Assembly: GCA_965262145.1 (NCBI GenBank)
Contig: OZ253501.1
Span: 1,695,366-1,759,365, forward strand
Reading direction: 5' to 3'
DNA length: 64,000 nt
DNA from: Candidatus Latescibacterota bacterium
Lineage (GTDB): Bacteria > Latescibacterota > UBA2968
Under the pieces are notes generated by a model. It was not told where the DNA came from. It saw only the letters and a program-made list of their open reading frames with translations, and did not search any database. Each line of letters begins with the position of its first letter. The first letter of the stretch is position 1. Shown one piece after another: positions 8,581-17,651 of the stretch. Made by a program: the position numbers and the translations under genes.

Positions 8581-9756
8581 ATGACAAAGGCGCAATACAA
8601 AATCCTCGTGGTTGATGACGAACCCGATCTCGAACATCTTATGCGGCAGCGCATGCGGCGCGATGTGCGCGCTGGGCTCTACTCATTTGCCTTTGCCCAA
8701 AACGGCGTTGAGGCTCTTGAGGTGCTGAATAAGGATCCGGATATTGACATGGTGCTCTCGGACATCAATATGCCGCGGATGGATGGTCTCACGCTGCTCG
8801 AACAGATGCCGCTAGTCGATCCCAACCTCCGTGCTGTGATTGTCTCGGCTTATGGCGACATGAAAAACATCCGTACGGCCATGAACCGGGGAGCGTTCGA
8901 CTTTGTTACCAAGCCCATTGATTTTCAAGATTTGCGGGTCACTATTGAGCGCACTTTGGTACACCTGAAAATGTGGCGCGAGGCTGTGGCTTCTCGGGAT
9001 AAGTTGGTGGCACTGCAAAACGAGCTTCGCGTTGCCCATGATATGCAGCAGTCGATCCTGCCGAAGACCTTCCCCAATAAACCCGGTTATCAGTTGTTTG
9101 GAAACATGGAGCCTGCACGCGAAGTGGGGGGCGATTTTTTCGATGTTATCAATCTGGAAAACGGCCGCGTTGGTCTGGCAATTGCCGATGTCTCCGACAA
9201 GGGCGTACCGGCTGCCCTTTTCATGATGTCCAGCCGCACGTTGTTGAAAGGGGCCGCCATCGGCAAATCGAACCCGGGCGATGTGCTGACCGAGGTCAAT
9301 AGTCTCTTGCAGGAAGACAACGACGCTGCGATGTTTGTCACCGTGTTTTATGCCGAATACAATCCGGCGAATGGATTGCTGTCGTACGCCAATGGGGGGC
9401 ACAATCCTCCGATTGTCATCCACGCGGATGGTAGCTCGACTATACTTCCCCGGACCGACGGAATTGCTCTGGGTATTCTGCCAGACATCCGATACGAACA
9501 AAACGCAGTCATTTTGGCGCCCGGCGATGTCCTCGTGCTTTACACAGATGGCGTCACCGAAGCTGTGAATGCGCAGAATGAGGAGTTTGGGATGGAGCGC
9601 TTGCGTGCGGTATTGGTATTGGCCCAGGCGAGTTCGCATGATGTCCGCGAGATAAACCAGGCGGTATTTCAAGCTGTGCAGGCATTCGCGGGCGAGATAC
9701 CCCAGTTCGACGATATGACCTGTATGACACTTTTTTGCAGAGAGTTAGAGACATGA
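8581..9756 (+). CDS. Response-regulator receiver fused to PP2C-type (SpoIIE/RsbU-like) serine phosphatase
   Basis: N-terminal receiver domain (ILVVDDEPD…LSDINMPRMDGL…K). C-terminal PP2C domain (GGDFFDV…, YTDGVTEA, …FDDMT). RBS AAGAGG. Confidence 0.85.
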   Translation: MTKAQYKILVVDDEPDLEHLMRQRMRRDVRAGLYSFAFAQNGVEALEVLNKDPDIDMVLSDINMPRMDGLTLLEQMPLVDPNLRAVIVSAYGDMKNIRTAMNRGAFDFVTKPIDFQDLRVTIERTLVHLKMWREAVASRDKLVALQNELRVAHDMQQSILPKTFPNKPGYQLFGNMEPAREVGGDFFDVINLENGRVGLAIADVSDKGVPAALFMMSSRTLLKGAAIGKSNPGDVLTEVNSLLQEDNDAAMFVTVFYAEYNPANGLLSYANGGHNPPIVIHADGSSTILPRTDGIALGILPDIRYEQNAVILAPGDVLVLYTDGVTEAVNAQNEEFGMERLRAVLVLAQASSHDVREINQAVFQAVQAFAGEIPQFDDMTCMTLFCRELET

Positions 9757-10175
9757 AGGTGAAACGTTCTTTGTGTATTGAGTCGGATCTCAGCGAGTTG
9801 GAGCGGCTCCACGACGCTGTGGCAGAACTCGGCGAGGTGGGGAATTGGCCCCCCGATCTCGTGTTTCAGGTCGATCTCGTCCTCGAAGAGTTGATCGTCA
9901 ATACTGTGAACTACGGGTACGACGACGATGCACGCCACGAGATTGAGATTGCGCTGACCTCGGATGCGGATGTCTTCACCGTTGAGATTATAGACGGCGG
10001 GCATGCCTTTAATCCACTGAGCGACGCTCCCGAACCGGATCTGGATGCAGAGATAGCAGATCGCCCGATAGGGGGGCTTGGCATCCATCTGATGCGCGCT
10101 ATGATGGACGAAGTACACTATCGGCGCGAGCAGGATAAGAACTATCTTACTCTGATCAAGCGGAGGAATGGATGA
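9753..10175 (+). CDS. Anti-sigma regulatory factor / GHKL serine kinase (RsbW/SpoIIAB-like)
   Basis: HATPase_c motifs present: N-box 'EELIVNTVNYG', 'IIDGGHAFNP', 'GGLGIHLMRAM'. The ATG at 9753 gives an ATGA overlap with the upstream stop. Confidence 0.7.
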   Translation: MKVKRSLCIESDLSELERLHDAVAELGEVGNWPPDLVFQVDLVLEELIVNTVNYGYDDDARHEIEIALTSDADVFTVEIIDGGHAFNPLSDAPEPDLDAEIADRPIGGLGIHLMRAMMDEVHYRREQDKNYLTLIKRRNG

Positions 10176-11344
10176 GGAGAACGCGCTACAGTTGTGCGGT
10201 TTTACTACTCGTCTTGCTAATTGTAGAAATCCGTGCGGAAGAATCTGGAATCTCTGACGAGCGCATCCTTTTTGGACAGTCCGCCGCCTTTAGTGGTCCC
10301 GCTCGAGAATTGGGCAAGAACATGCGGATCGGAATTGAGGCAGCTTTTCAAGAGGCTAACGCGCGGGGCGGCGTGCATGGTCGGCAGCTAATATTGTTGT
10401 CTTTCGATGACGCATACGAACCCGAAGCTGCCATCGCCAACACCCAGCGGCTGATTGAGAAAGAAGGGGTTTTCGCGCTGATTGGTGCTGTTGGCACGCC
10501 CACTTCGCGCTCTGCTACTCCTATCGCCGAGCGCGCGGGTGTTCCCTACATCGCTCCCTTTACCGGTGCTGCCTTCCTGCGTGAAGCCAGGTGGAAAAGT
10601 GTGATCAATCTGCGGGCGTCTTATAATCAAGAGACCGAGGCTATGGTCGCTCGTTTGACCACAGACCTGGGCATTAAACGCATCGCCGTGATGTACCAGG
10701 ACGACTCTTTTGGGCGAGCGGGCTATCGCGGCGTGCGGCAGGCACTCGAACGGCGTAGCATGGAACCGGTTGCAATAGGCGTGTACCCGCGCAATACCAC
10801 AGCGGTGAAGACGGGCTTGCTCAACCTGCATAGTGCAAACCCCGATGCAGTCATCCTGATTGGGGCCTATCAACCGGTAGCAACGCTGATTGCCTGGGCG
10901 CGACACACGGGGCTGGATCCCGTATTCATGACCATCTCCTTTGTGGGCAGCAACGCTTTGGCCGAAGAACTCGGTCGCGCTGGTGCTGGGGTCTTTGTCA
11001 CTCAGGTCGTACCTTTTCCAACAGATGAGATCCCCCGCGTTGGTATTGCCTATCGCCGTGCCCTGGCGACCCACGCGCCCGAAGCAACTCCTGGCTTTGT
11101 CTCCTACGAAGGCTATTTGGCGGGTCGATTGGCTATCGTCGCTCTCGAACGCTGTGGTAGGGAGGTTGACCGCGCCGGGTTTCTCAAGAGTTTGCGTAGC
11201 ACAGACATCATTGATCTCGATGGCTTTGAACTTCTCTATGGCGAAAATGATAATCAGGGTTCAGACGCTGTTTTTCTTACCGTGATTGGCACAGATGGCA
11301 GTTATCGCTCGATCCAAACGCTGCGGGACGCAATAAAGCCATGA
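10172..11344 (+). CDS. Periplasmic substrate-binding protein, type-1 PBP (LivK/branched-chain amino-acid-binding-like), probable co-sensor of the adjacent kinase
   Basis: 390 aa. Signal peptide (LLLVLLIVEIRA), then the PBP1 pattern (LIGAVGTPTS…, VPYIAPFTGA…). ATGA overlaps at both ends. Confidence 0.75.
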   Translation: MRRTRYSCAVLLLVLLIVEIRAEESGISDERILFGQSAAFSGPARELGKNMRIGIEAAFQEANARGGVHGRQLILLSFDDAYEPEAAIANTQRLIEKEGVFALIGAVGTPTSRSATPIAERAGVPYIAPFTGAAFLREARWKSVINLRASYNQETEAMVARLTTDLGIKRIAVMYQDDSFGRAGYRGVRQALERRSMEPVAIGVYPRNTTAVKTGLLNLHSANPDAVILIGAYQPVATLIAWARHTGLDPVFMTISFVGSNALAEELGRAGAGVFVTQVVPFPTDEIPRVGIAYRRALATHAPEATPGFVSYEGYLAGRLAIVALERCGREVDRAGFLKSLRSTDIIDLDGFELLYGENDNQGSDAVFLTVIGTDGSYRSIQTLRDAIKP

Positions 11345-13503
11345 TTGACATACTAAAACCTCTGCTTGAAGGCCGCTACCGAATCTCGACGCAACTCTAT
11401 CTGGGCATTGGCGGGGCTGTTGTCCTCACTATGGGGGCGAGTCTGGTTGGCTGGCTTTCCTTCAACAGCGTGGGTGACGCGCAAAGTCGCGTGAATGAAG
11501 GCAGTGTGCCCGGAATGGCAGCCGCATTTGGAGTCGCTCAACAAAGCGGTGCTCTTGTAGCTGCAGCCCCGCGCCTGGTCGCAGCTGCAACACTGGATGT
11601 CTTTGATCAGGTTACCGCTGAAATCGGCAAAGAGCAAAGTGCTTTTGAAGCGCAGTTGGTGGCTCTGACGCAGCAAGGTGAAGAAGAGAAACGCTTCAGT
11701 CGCATTCGCGCCCAGGGTGGTACGCTGATCTCAAATATCGAGGCAATTGAAAGCTCGGTAGCCGAGCGTTTTGATCTGCAAGCACGAAGCGAAGCCCTGC
11801 GTGCAGAACTGGTCAAAGTGCGCAACGAACTGGTTGATGTCATGGGTCCGCTTATTGACGATCAGCTGTTCTACGCTATGACGGGGTATCGCAATCTCGG
11901 CGAAGCACCCGCGCCGCTTACACAGCACTTGTCGAGAAAAGAGTTGGATCGCTATCGCCATCTGGCTGCGTTGCAAGCAGACGCGACCATAGCAATCCAG
12001 CTTCTGTCGAGTGCTTTCAATCTTTCGGACGCACCCCTGATTGAACCATTGCGGGAGCGCTTTGAGGCTGCTAAAGACAGGATTGAATGGAGTCTATCGG
12101 CACTCGGAACAGCCCGTACACGCAGTCAGATCGCTTCGATATGTGCCCGCCTGTACCAGTTGGGGCTGGGAGAGCAAGGGGGCTTCGACCTGCGTGCACG
12201 AGAACTCGAACTCGCTGCGCACCAGCGAGATCTGCTCGCACACAATCAGTCTCTGGCCCTTGATCTAATCGCTGAGGCCGAAGGGCTGGTAAATGCGGCC
12301 CGCATAAGTGCGGAGGAAGCTACCCTCGCTTCCACGCAGGCCATCGGCACCGGGCGCAGTCTTCTGTTGGTTTTGAATGTGATCAACATTACTGGCGCGT
12401 TGTTGATCGCCTATTTATTTGTGGGACGAATGCTGTTGCCCCGTCTCGAGCGACTATCCGAACGGATGCGCCGCATGGCTGATGGCGACCTGGAGGGCAA
12501 GGTCGAGATCGGTGGGCACGACGAGGTGGCAGACATGGCCGCAGCCCTTGAGATTTTTCGCCGCCACGCTCTGGAGGTGCAGCGCCTGAATCTGGTGGAA
12601 AAACTGGCCGAAGAGTTGCAATCTAAGAACGCAGAGCTTGAAAAGGTGCTGGACGACTTGCGGGTGGCGCAGGACCAGATTGTCATGCGCGAGAAATTGG
12701 CCGCGCTCGGCGAACTCACCGCAGGTGTGGCGCATGAGATCAAAAATCCGCTGAATTTTGTGAAAAACTTCTCGGAGGCGTCGGAAGAACTGATGGAAGA
12801 GTTGACTGAGGTACTGGACGAGAGTGTCGAAGCACTGGACGAGGAGCAGCGCGAATTGGTTGACGAGATATGCCAGGATCTCACCGACAACATGGGGCGC
12901 ATCCTCCAACACGGCAATCGCGCCGACCGCATCGTTCACGATATGCTCATGATGGGGCGCGGCTCTGGTGAGCGGCAGCCCACTGAGATCAACAATCTGC
13001 TCAATGAACACGCCCGCCTTGCCTATCACAGCGCACGGGCGACCGACCCGGATTTCAATTTGACCATCGAGCAGGATTTCGACCCGGAGGCGGGGCAAAT
13101 CGAGGTCGTCCCGCAGGATCTGGGGCGCGTCTTCCTCAACATGGTAGGCAATGCTTGTTATGCTACCGACGAGAAACGGCGTGCTATCGAATCAGATGCT
13201 GGCGAGACCTATTTCCCGACCCTGTCGCTGATTACCAGACGCCTGGATGATCGCATAGAGGTGTGCATACGGGACAACGGGAATGGGATGCCGCCCGAGG
13301 TTATCGAGAAAATTTTCAACCCATTCTTTACCACCAAACCGACAGACAAGGGCACTGGCCTCGGCCTTGCTCTTTCCAACGATATCGTGCGCGAACACGG
13401 GGGAACCATCCGGGTCGTATCCGAACCCGGTGAATTCACCGAGATGACAGTCGAATTGCCTTTGGTGCCGCCCGCGGTGACGATTGAAGAGGTAGCGAGC
13501 TAA
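11341..13503 (+). CDS. Sensor histidine kinase (2 TM, large periplasmic domain, HAMP, HisKA, HATPase)
   Basis: 720 aa. H-box 'AHEIKNPLNFV'. HAMP region 'RMRRMADGDLEGKVEI…'. G-boxes 'IRDNGNGMPPE' and 'GTGLGLALS'. Confidence 0.85.
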   Translation: MIDILKPLLEGRYRISTQLYLGIGGAVVLTMGASLVGWLSFNSVGDAQSRVNEGSVPGMAAAFGVAQQSGALVAAAPRLVAAATLDVFDQVTAEIGKEQSAFEAQLVALTQQGEEEKRFSRIRAQGGTLISNIEAIESSVAERFDLQARSEALRAELVKVRNELVDVMGPLIDDQLFYAMTGYRNLGEAPAPLTQHLSRKELDRYRHLAALQADATIAIQLLSSAFNLSDAPLIEPLRERFEAAKDRIEWSLSALGTARTRSQIASICARLYQLGLGEQGGFDLRARELELAAHQRDLLAHNQSLALDLIAEAEGLVNAARISAEEATLASTQAIGTGRSLLLVLNVINITGALLIAYLFVGRMLLPRLERLSERMRRMADGDLEGKVEIGGHDEVADMAAALEIFRRHALEVQRLNLVEKLAEELQSKNAELEKVLDDLRVAQDQIVMREKLAALGELTAGVAHEIKNPLNFVKNFSEASEELMEELTEVLDESVEALDEEQRELVDEICQDLTDNMGRILQHGNRADRIVHDMLMMGRGSGERQPTEINNLLNEHARLAYHSARATDPDFNLTIEQDFDPEAGQIEVVPQDLGRVFLNMVGNACYATDEKRRAIESDAGETYFPTLSLITRRLDDRIEVCIRDNGNGMPPEVIEKIFNPFFTTKPTDKGTGLGLALSNDIVREHGGTIRVVSEPGEFTEMTVELPLVPPAVTIEEVAS

Positions 13504-13538
13504 AGGGAAGAGGAGGCCCCCTGGCCGAACGAGTCAAG

Positions 13539-13958
13539 ATGTGGTCGTTCCTTGGCCTGGTGGCGATTACCGCGGGACCTGATATTGTTGATCACTACTG
13601 GGCGGTCATTATTGGTGCCATTGGCGCGGTTTTGTGTACCGCCGGGATCAGGTTCTTGGAGAAGGTCAAGCTGGATGATGTTGTCGGGGCAATACCGGCT
13701 CACTTGTTCGCCGGTATCTGGGGTACTTTGGCGGTCTGCATAGTTGGCGGCGGCAACTTGGGCGTGCAACTGATCGGCATCGTGGCAGTTGGCGCATTCG
13801 TGTTTGTCACTTCGTGGGTGTTGTGGCGTGTGATTGCGATGACGTTGGGCGTGCGTGTGTCGCGCCAGATCGAACAATTGGGGCAGGATGTCGGGGAATT
13901 GGGAATTGACGCCTATCCCGAATTTGTGCTTATGCCAGAAGAAGATGATGAGGAATAA
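13539..13958 (+). pseudogene. Ammonium transporter (Amt/AmtB) C-terminal fragment only (last ~3 TM helices and cytoplasmic tail); gene remnant
   Basis: 139 aa aligns to the AmtB C-terminus: '…LDDVVGAIPAHLFAGIWGTL…' matches 'VDDALDVFGVHGVCGIVG', and '…LGVRVSRQIEQLGQDVGELGIDAYPEF' matches 'GLRVPEEQEREGLDVNSHGENAY'. The N-terminal ~270 aa of a normal Amt are absent. The histidine kinase stop is 36 nt upstream. Confidence 0.65.
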
Positions 13959-14953
13959 GTACCGGCAAGAATATTGAGCACCCTTTGCATATCCTCTGGC
14001 GGATGTGCTCGAAACACCATTTTTCTTTTTGTTACGGGATGCACAAATGTCAATTGGGTTGCGTGGAGCATCTGTCGATTTGTTTGTGAGAGCAGGTGGG
14101 TTGCCGATTGTCGAAACAGGGGGGCAATCCCGTTCAACCGCTTCTCGCGTCCTCCGTATAGTAGGTCGCCAAATACAGGGCGATTGAGATGTGCTAGATG
14201 CACTCTGATCTGGTGTGTACGCCCCGTCTCCAGCGCGAGAGATAACAAAGAGAGAAAATCGTAACGCGCCCTTATTTTCCAGCGCGTTGCTGCAAATCGC
14301 CCATTCTGAGAAACAGCCATTCGCTTTCGATTTTTTGAGTGCCTTCCAATAGGTGCTTCTATACGCCCCTCATCTGCTTCAAAGCCCCCCCATATCAGCG
14401 CGAGATAGCGCCGTTCCATCGTGCGGGCTTCCAATTGGGCAGCCAATCCGCGATGCCCTTCATCGCTTTTGGCGACCACCATTAGCCCCGTTGTATCTCT
14501 GTCCAGCCGATGCACAATCCCCGGTCGCAAAATCCCATTGATACCCGACAAATGCGTGCAGTGTGACAGGAGGGCATTGACGAGTGTTCCCGAGGTCACC
14601 CTTCCCGCTGGATGTACAATCATACCCGCAGGTTTGTCGAGCACCAGCATATGATCATCTTCAAAAAAAATATCCAGAGGAATATCCTCTGGATCAATTG
14701 TACTGTCTCTTGGAGGTGGAATATCTACTGTGATGCTATCGTGAGCCACCACCCGATAGCTCGACCGCGTCGTCTTTCCATTGATGCAAACAGCACCTTC
14801 GACAATCAGTTTTTGAAATCGTGAACGCGAAAGTTCGGGGCGTTGAACGGCCAAATAGCGGTCTAGCCGCTGGCCTTCATGTTGGGGCAGAATTTTTAGA
14901 TGAATCACGGTTGTACACCGTCTCACGGTGTTTAGGTATAATGCCGAAAGCAA
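13913..14953 (-). CDS. rluD: 23S rRNA pseudouridine synthase, RluA family (RluD-like; S4 domain + catalytic domain)
   Basis: Catalytic motif 'HRLDRDTTGLMVVAK'. N-terminal S4-like region. The start is uncertain because the 5' region overlaps lspA. The 3' end overlaps the Amt fragment convergently. Confidence 0.8.
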   Translation of the reverse strand: MLSALYLNTVRRCTTVIHLKILPQHEGQRLDRYLAVQRPELSRSRFQKLIVEGAVCINGKTTRSSYRVVAHDSITVDIPPPRDSTIDPEDIPLDIFFEDDHMLVLDKPAGMIVHPAGRVTSGTLVNALLSHCTHLSGINGILRPGIVHRLDRDTTGLMVVAKSDEGHRGLAAQLEARTMERRYLALIWGGFEADEGRIEAPIGRHSKNRKRMAVSQNGRFAATRWKIRARYDFLSLLSLALETGRTHQIRVHLAHLNRPVFGDLLYGGREKRLNGIAPLFRQSATHLLSQTNRQMLHATQLTFVHPVTKRKMVFRAHPPEDMQRVLNILAGTYSSSSSSGISTNSG

Positions 14954-15374
14954 AAATTAAGAGGGCGGTTCCCACGCTAACACAGGTATCCGCGAGGTTA
15001 AAAACCCACCACCGCGTAGTCCCAATGCCAAAATCGAGAAAATCAATTACCACACCAAATCGCACGCGGTCGATGATATTGCCAATTGCGCCTCCCAGCA
15101 CCAGATTCAAACCAATGGCTGCGAGGCGGTCTTCGGGAGCGAGACGCCGCAGCAACACACCAACCACGAGAAGTGCCACACAAGCCAGTGACAGATGCAG
15201 GTATGGGTTGCCCAATCGGATGCCGAATACTGCACCTGGATTGTGAATATAGGTCAGCTTAAAAAAAGACCCCAACACCGGTACAGATTCACCCAGGGTC
15301 ATGGTTTGCAACACCCACCATTTTGTGAGTTGATCCAGTACCAATGCCACACCTGTAATCCACAAAAATTTCAC
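14877..15374 (-). CDS. lspA: Lipoprotein signal peptidase II
   Basis: LspA pattern '…LDQLTKWWV…', 'NPGAVFG', 'IDFLDF…FNLAD'. The likely start is GTG 15374 (VKFLWITG) with GAGG 6 nt upstream. The listed ORF start 15491 overlaps the upstream gene. Confidence 0.8.
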   Translation of the reverse strand: MKFLWITGVALVLDQLTKWWVLQTMTLGESVPVLGSFFKLTYIHNPGAVFGIRLGNPYLHLSLACVALLVVGVLLRRLAPEDRLAAIGLNLVLGGAIGNIIDRVRFGVVIDFLDFGIGTTRWWVFNLADTCVSVGTALLIFAFGIIPKHRETVYNRDSSKNSAPT

Positions 15375-15381
15375 AATTACC

Positions 15382-15753
15382 TCATGCCGATTTGTTTTGT
15401 TTTTCTTTACAGGGCACGCAAATTTCCGTGGTCGGCACAGCTTCCAGTCTTGCTCTGGGGATGGGATATTTACATTCTCGACACACGCCAAATTTGCGTT
15501 TTTTGATGCGCGTTAAAGCGGCTTCAATTTGATCCAAATAAGCACCGTCGCGCGCTGCAAATAGAAAAGCCTTTTCGCGTTCCATGGTCGAATTGCCCAA
15601 ATCGGGCATGTGATCTGAATACGTCAGGTCGCCCGACGATTCTGCCGAGGTGACCAGCATGGAATGGCTCTGCAAAGTACCCAGGTCTTTAACCATAGAG
15701 GTGCGTTTGGTCTCTAAAAGTTTTTCGAAATAATCCAGATCTTGTTGTGTCAT
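15382..15753 (-). CDS. TraR/DksA-family C4 zinc-finger transcription regulator
   Basis: 123 aa. C-terminal 'CRECKYPIPRARLEAVPTTEICVPC' CxxC…CxxC DksA/TraR finger. Confidence 0.75.
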   Translation of the reverse strand: MTQQDLDYFEKLLETKRTSMVKDLGTLQSHSMLVTSAESSGDLTYSDHMPDLGNSTMEREKAFLFAARDGAYLDQIEAALTRIKKRKFGVCRECKYPIPRARLEAVPTTEICVPCKEKQNKSA

Positions 15754-15754
15754 T

Positions 15755-16219
15755 TTATTCCTTTCTATCCGCAGCTTTCCGAATTTGACGCGCGTTTTCT
15801 ATGATTAGCGCGCATTGTTCCGGCCAAAAAAACACAGGGAGTGGATCAAGCGGCACCCACGACATATTTTCGTGATGCGTTGTGTCGGTTGGCACGGCAT
15901 CAATCTGCTTGGTCGAATACAAAAAATAATGTGTTATTTTCCATTCTGTCTTGTGAAAATCAAGCCGTTCTTTTGTGCCGAGTTTTTCTACAATTTGCAG
16001 TTTTGATATTCCCACTTCTTCTTCGATCTCTCGTCTGGCAGCACACTCGATTTCCTCGCCGGCTTCAACGTGTCCTTTGGGCAACACATAGTCGGTATGC
16101 CCTCTCTCGCGGGCCAAAGCCAGCAATATCTGATTGCCATCCCAACGCACGACCACACCGCCTGCAGCATGACGTTCTCGCAATCCTTTGGGACGTGTGT
16201 ACCAGCTATTGTCGATCAT
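15755..16219 (-). CDS. NUDIX hydrolase
   Basis: Nudix box 'GHVEAGEEIECAARREIEEEVG'. ATG 16219 avoids overlapping mtnP. Confidence 0.8.
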   Translation of the reverse strand: MIDNSWYTRPKGLRERHAAGGVVVRWDGNQILLALARERGHTDYVLPKGHVEAGEEIECAARREIEEEVGISKLQIVEKLGTKERLDFHKTEWKITHYFLYSTKQIDAVPTDTTHHENMSWVPLDPLPVFFWPEQCALIIENARQIRKAADRKE

Positions 16220-16224
16220 AAGAG

Positions 16225-17118
16225 TTATGGCTCGCGTTTTTCCCACTCCCAGTACTTATCGTATAAAAGACTGAGACGTTCTTTTGCCACGCCGGAAATC
16301 GCATCGGGTGCTGTAATAATCGCAAATTGTGCAGCATTGAGACAATCGCAATTCGATGTATTGGGCAACTGTGCAGCCACTGTGCATACAATTTGATTTG
16401 CGTGCTCGGCATTGTCTTTTAACACAGTGACTACTGCTTCTACTGACACATCTTCTTCGGCTTCATGCCAGCAATCGTAATCGGTGCCCATAGCCAGCAT
16501 CGCATAACACATTTCAGCCTCGCGCGCGAGCTTGGCTTCGGGCAAAGCCGTCATCCCAATAACGGTCGCATTGACTTCTCGGCGATAAAAATGGGACTCT
16601 GCGCGTGTGGAGAACTGCGGTCCCTCCATACAGATATACGTTCCGCCGTCGTGGGTGGTCACTCCGGAATTTTTTGCAGCGGCCAGCAGTAAGTCGCGCA
16701 ATTCGCCACAAAAAGGATCGGCAAAGGCGACATGTCCGGCAATGCCCTCACCAAAAAATGTGCTCGCACGGATGCCGCGGGTGCGATCAAAAATCTGGTC
16801 GGGCACCACCATATCACCCGGCTTTATTGATTCTCGCATAATTCCCACAGCACTTATCGCCAACAGATGCGTCACACCCATCTGTTTCATGGCATATACA
16901 TTGGCGCGATAGGGCACTTCAGAAGGTAGCAGCACATGCCCGCGTCCATGACGGGGCAAAAAATATACCGATTGGTCGCATATACGCGTTTCGACAACTG
17001 CATCTGAAGGCTCGCCAAAAGGGGTGGCAAGGCGATGTTCGGCTACGATTTCCACGCCTTCCATGTGATAAACACCCGATCCGCCCATAACACCCAGTCG
17101 AACAGTCTGTTCAGGCAT
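16225..17118 (-). CDS. mtnP: S-methyl-5'-thioadenosine phosphorylase
   Basis: 297 aa PNP-family-2 protein with MTAP hallmarks ('LGVMGGSGVY', '…TALPEAKLAREAEMCYA…'). Confidence 0.85.
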   Translation of the reverse strand: MPEQTVRLGVMGGSGVYHMEGVEIVAEHRLATPFGEPSDAVVETRICDQSVYFLPRHGRGHVLLPSEVPYRANVYAMKQMGVTHLLAISAVGIMRESIKPGDMVVPDQIFDRTRGIRASTFFGEGIAGHVAFADPFCGELRDLLLAAAKNSGVTTHDGGTYICMEGPQFSTRAESHFYRREVNATVIGMTALPEAKLAREAEMCYAMLAMGTDYDCWHEAEEDVSVEAVVTVLKDNAEHANQIVCTVAAQLPNTSNCDCLNAAQFAIITAPDAISGVAKERLSLLYDKYWEWEKREP

Positions 17119-17632
17119 CTCGGTCGTCCTGCTCTGCGGAGGCAGCTTCTATTTTTGGGATATTCTCTTGCACGACATCGAAGGTGGTCACTTCCAACTG
17201 TTCCACAAAATCAGTCTGAACCTGTACCAGAGCCTTAAACTTGGACAAAAACATATCGCGTTGATTTTGTAACTCTACAATCTCTGTGCGGATATCATGC
17301 ACTTGCGTGCGTGCTTTTTCAATGGCCCGATTGCTGCGGATTTCTGCTTCTTTTACAATCAGCTGGGCTTCTTTGTGCCCATTTTTCTTGACTTCATCAG
17401 CCGTTTGTTGGGCAGTCCTGAGCATCTCCTGGAGGGTTTGCTCTATTGACCGATAGTGATGTACTTCTGATTGCAACATGTTGAGATGTTCTTTTAGTTC
17501 GATATTTTCGCCGTTGAGATGTTCAACTTCTGTGGCCAGCATTTCGAGAAATGTCTGCACTTCCTCTTGATCATAACCGCGAAAAGATTTCTTAAAAATC
17601 TGCTTGCGAATATCCAGTGGTGTGATGTTCAC
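17111..17632 (-). CDS. divIVA: DivIVA-domain cell-division protein
   Basis: N-terminal 'MNITPLDIRKQIFKKSFRGYDQEEV' DivIVA signature followed by coiled coil. Confidence 0.75.
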   Translation of the reverse strand: MNITPLDIRKQIFKKSFRGYDQEEVQTFLEMLATEVEHLNGENIELKEHLNMLQSEVHHYRSIEQTLQEMLRTAQQTADEVKKNGHKEAQLIVKEAEIRSNRAIEKARTQVHDIRTEIVELQNQRDMFLSKFKALVQVQTDFVEQLEVTTFDVVQENIPKIEAASAEQDDRDA

Positions 17633-17651
17633 TATTTCCCCCAGGGGCTAT

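Noticed and set aside
8812-9672. 286-aa minus-strand ORF
   Set aside because: It is antisense to the well-supported receiver-PP2C gene and has no motifs. It is a shadow ORF in GC-rich coding sequence.
12454-13098. 214-aa and 173-aa minus-strand ORFs inside the histidine kinase
   Set aside because: They are antisense shadow ORFs. The + strand frame carries unmistakable HisKA/HATPase motifs.
13974-14264. Small + strand ORFs opposite rluD
   Set aside because: They are antisense to a gene with a clear pseudouridine-synthase catalytic motif.
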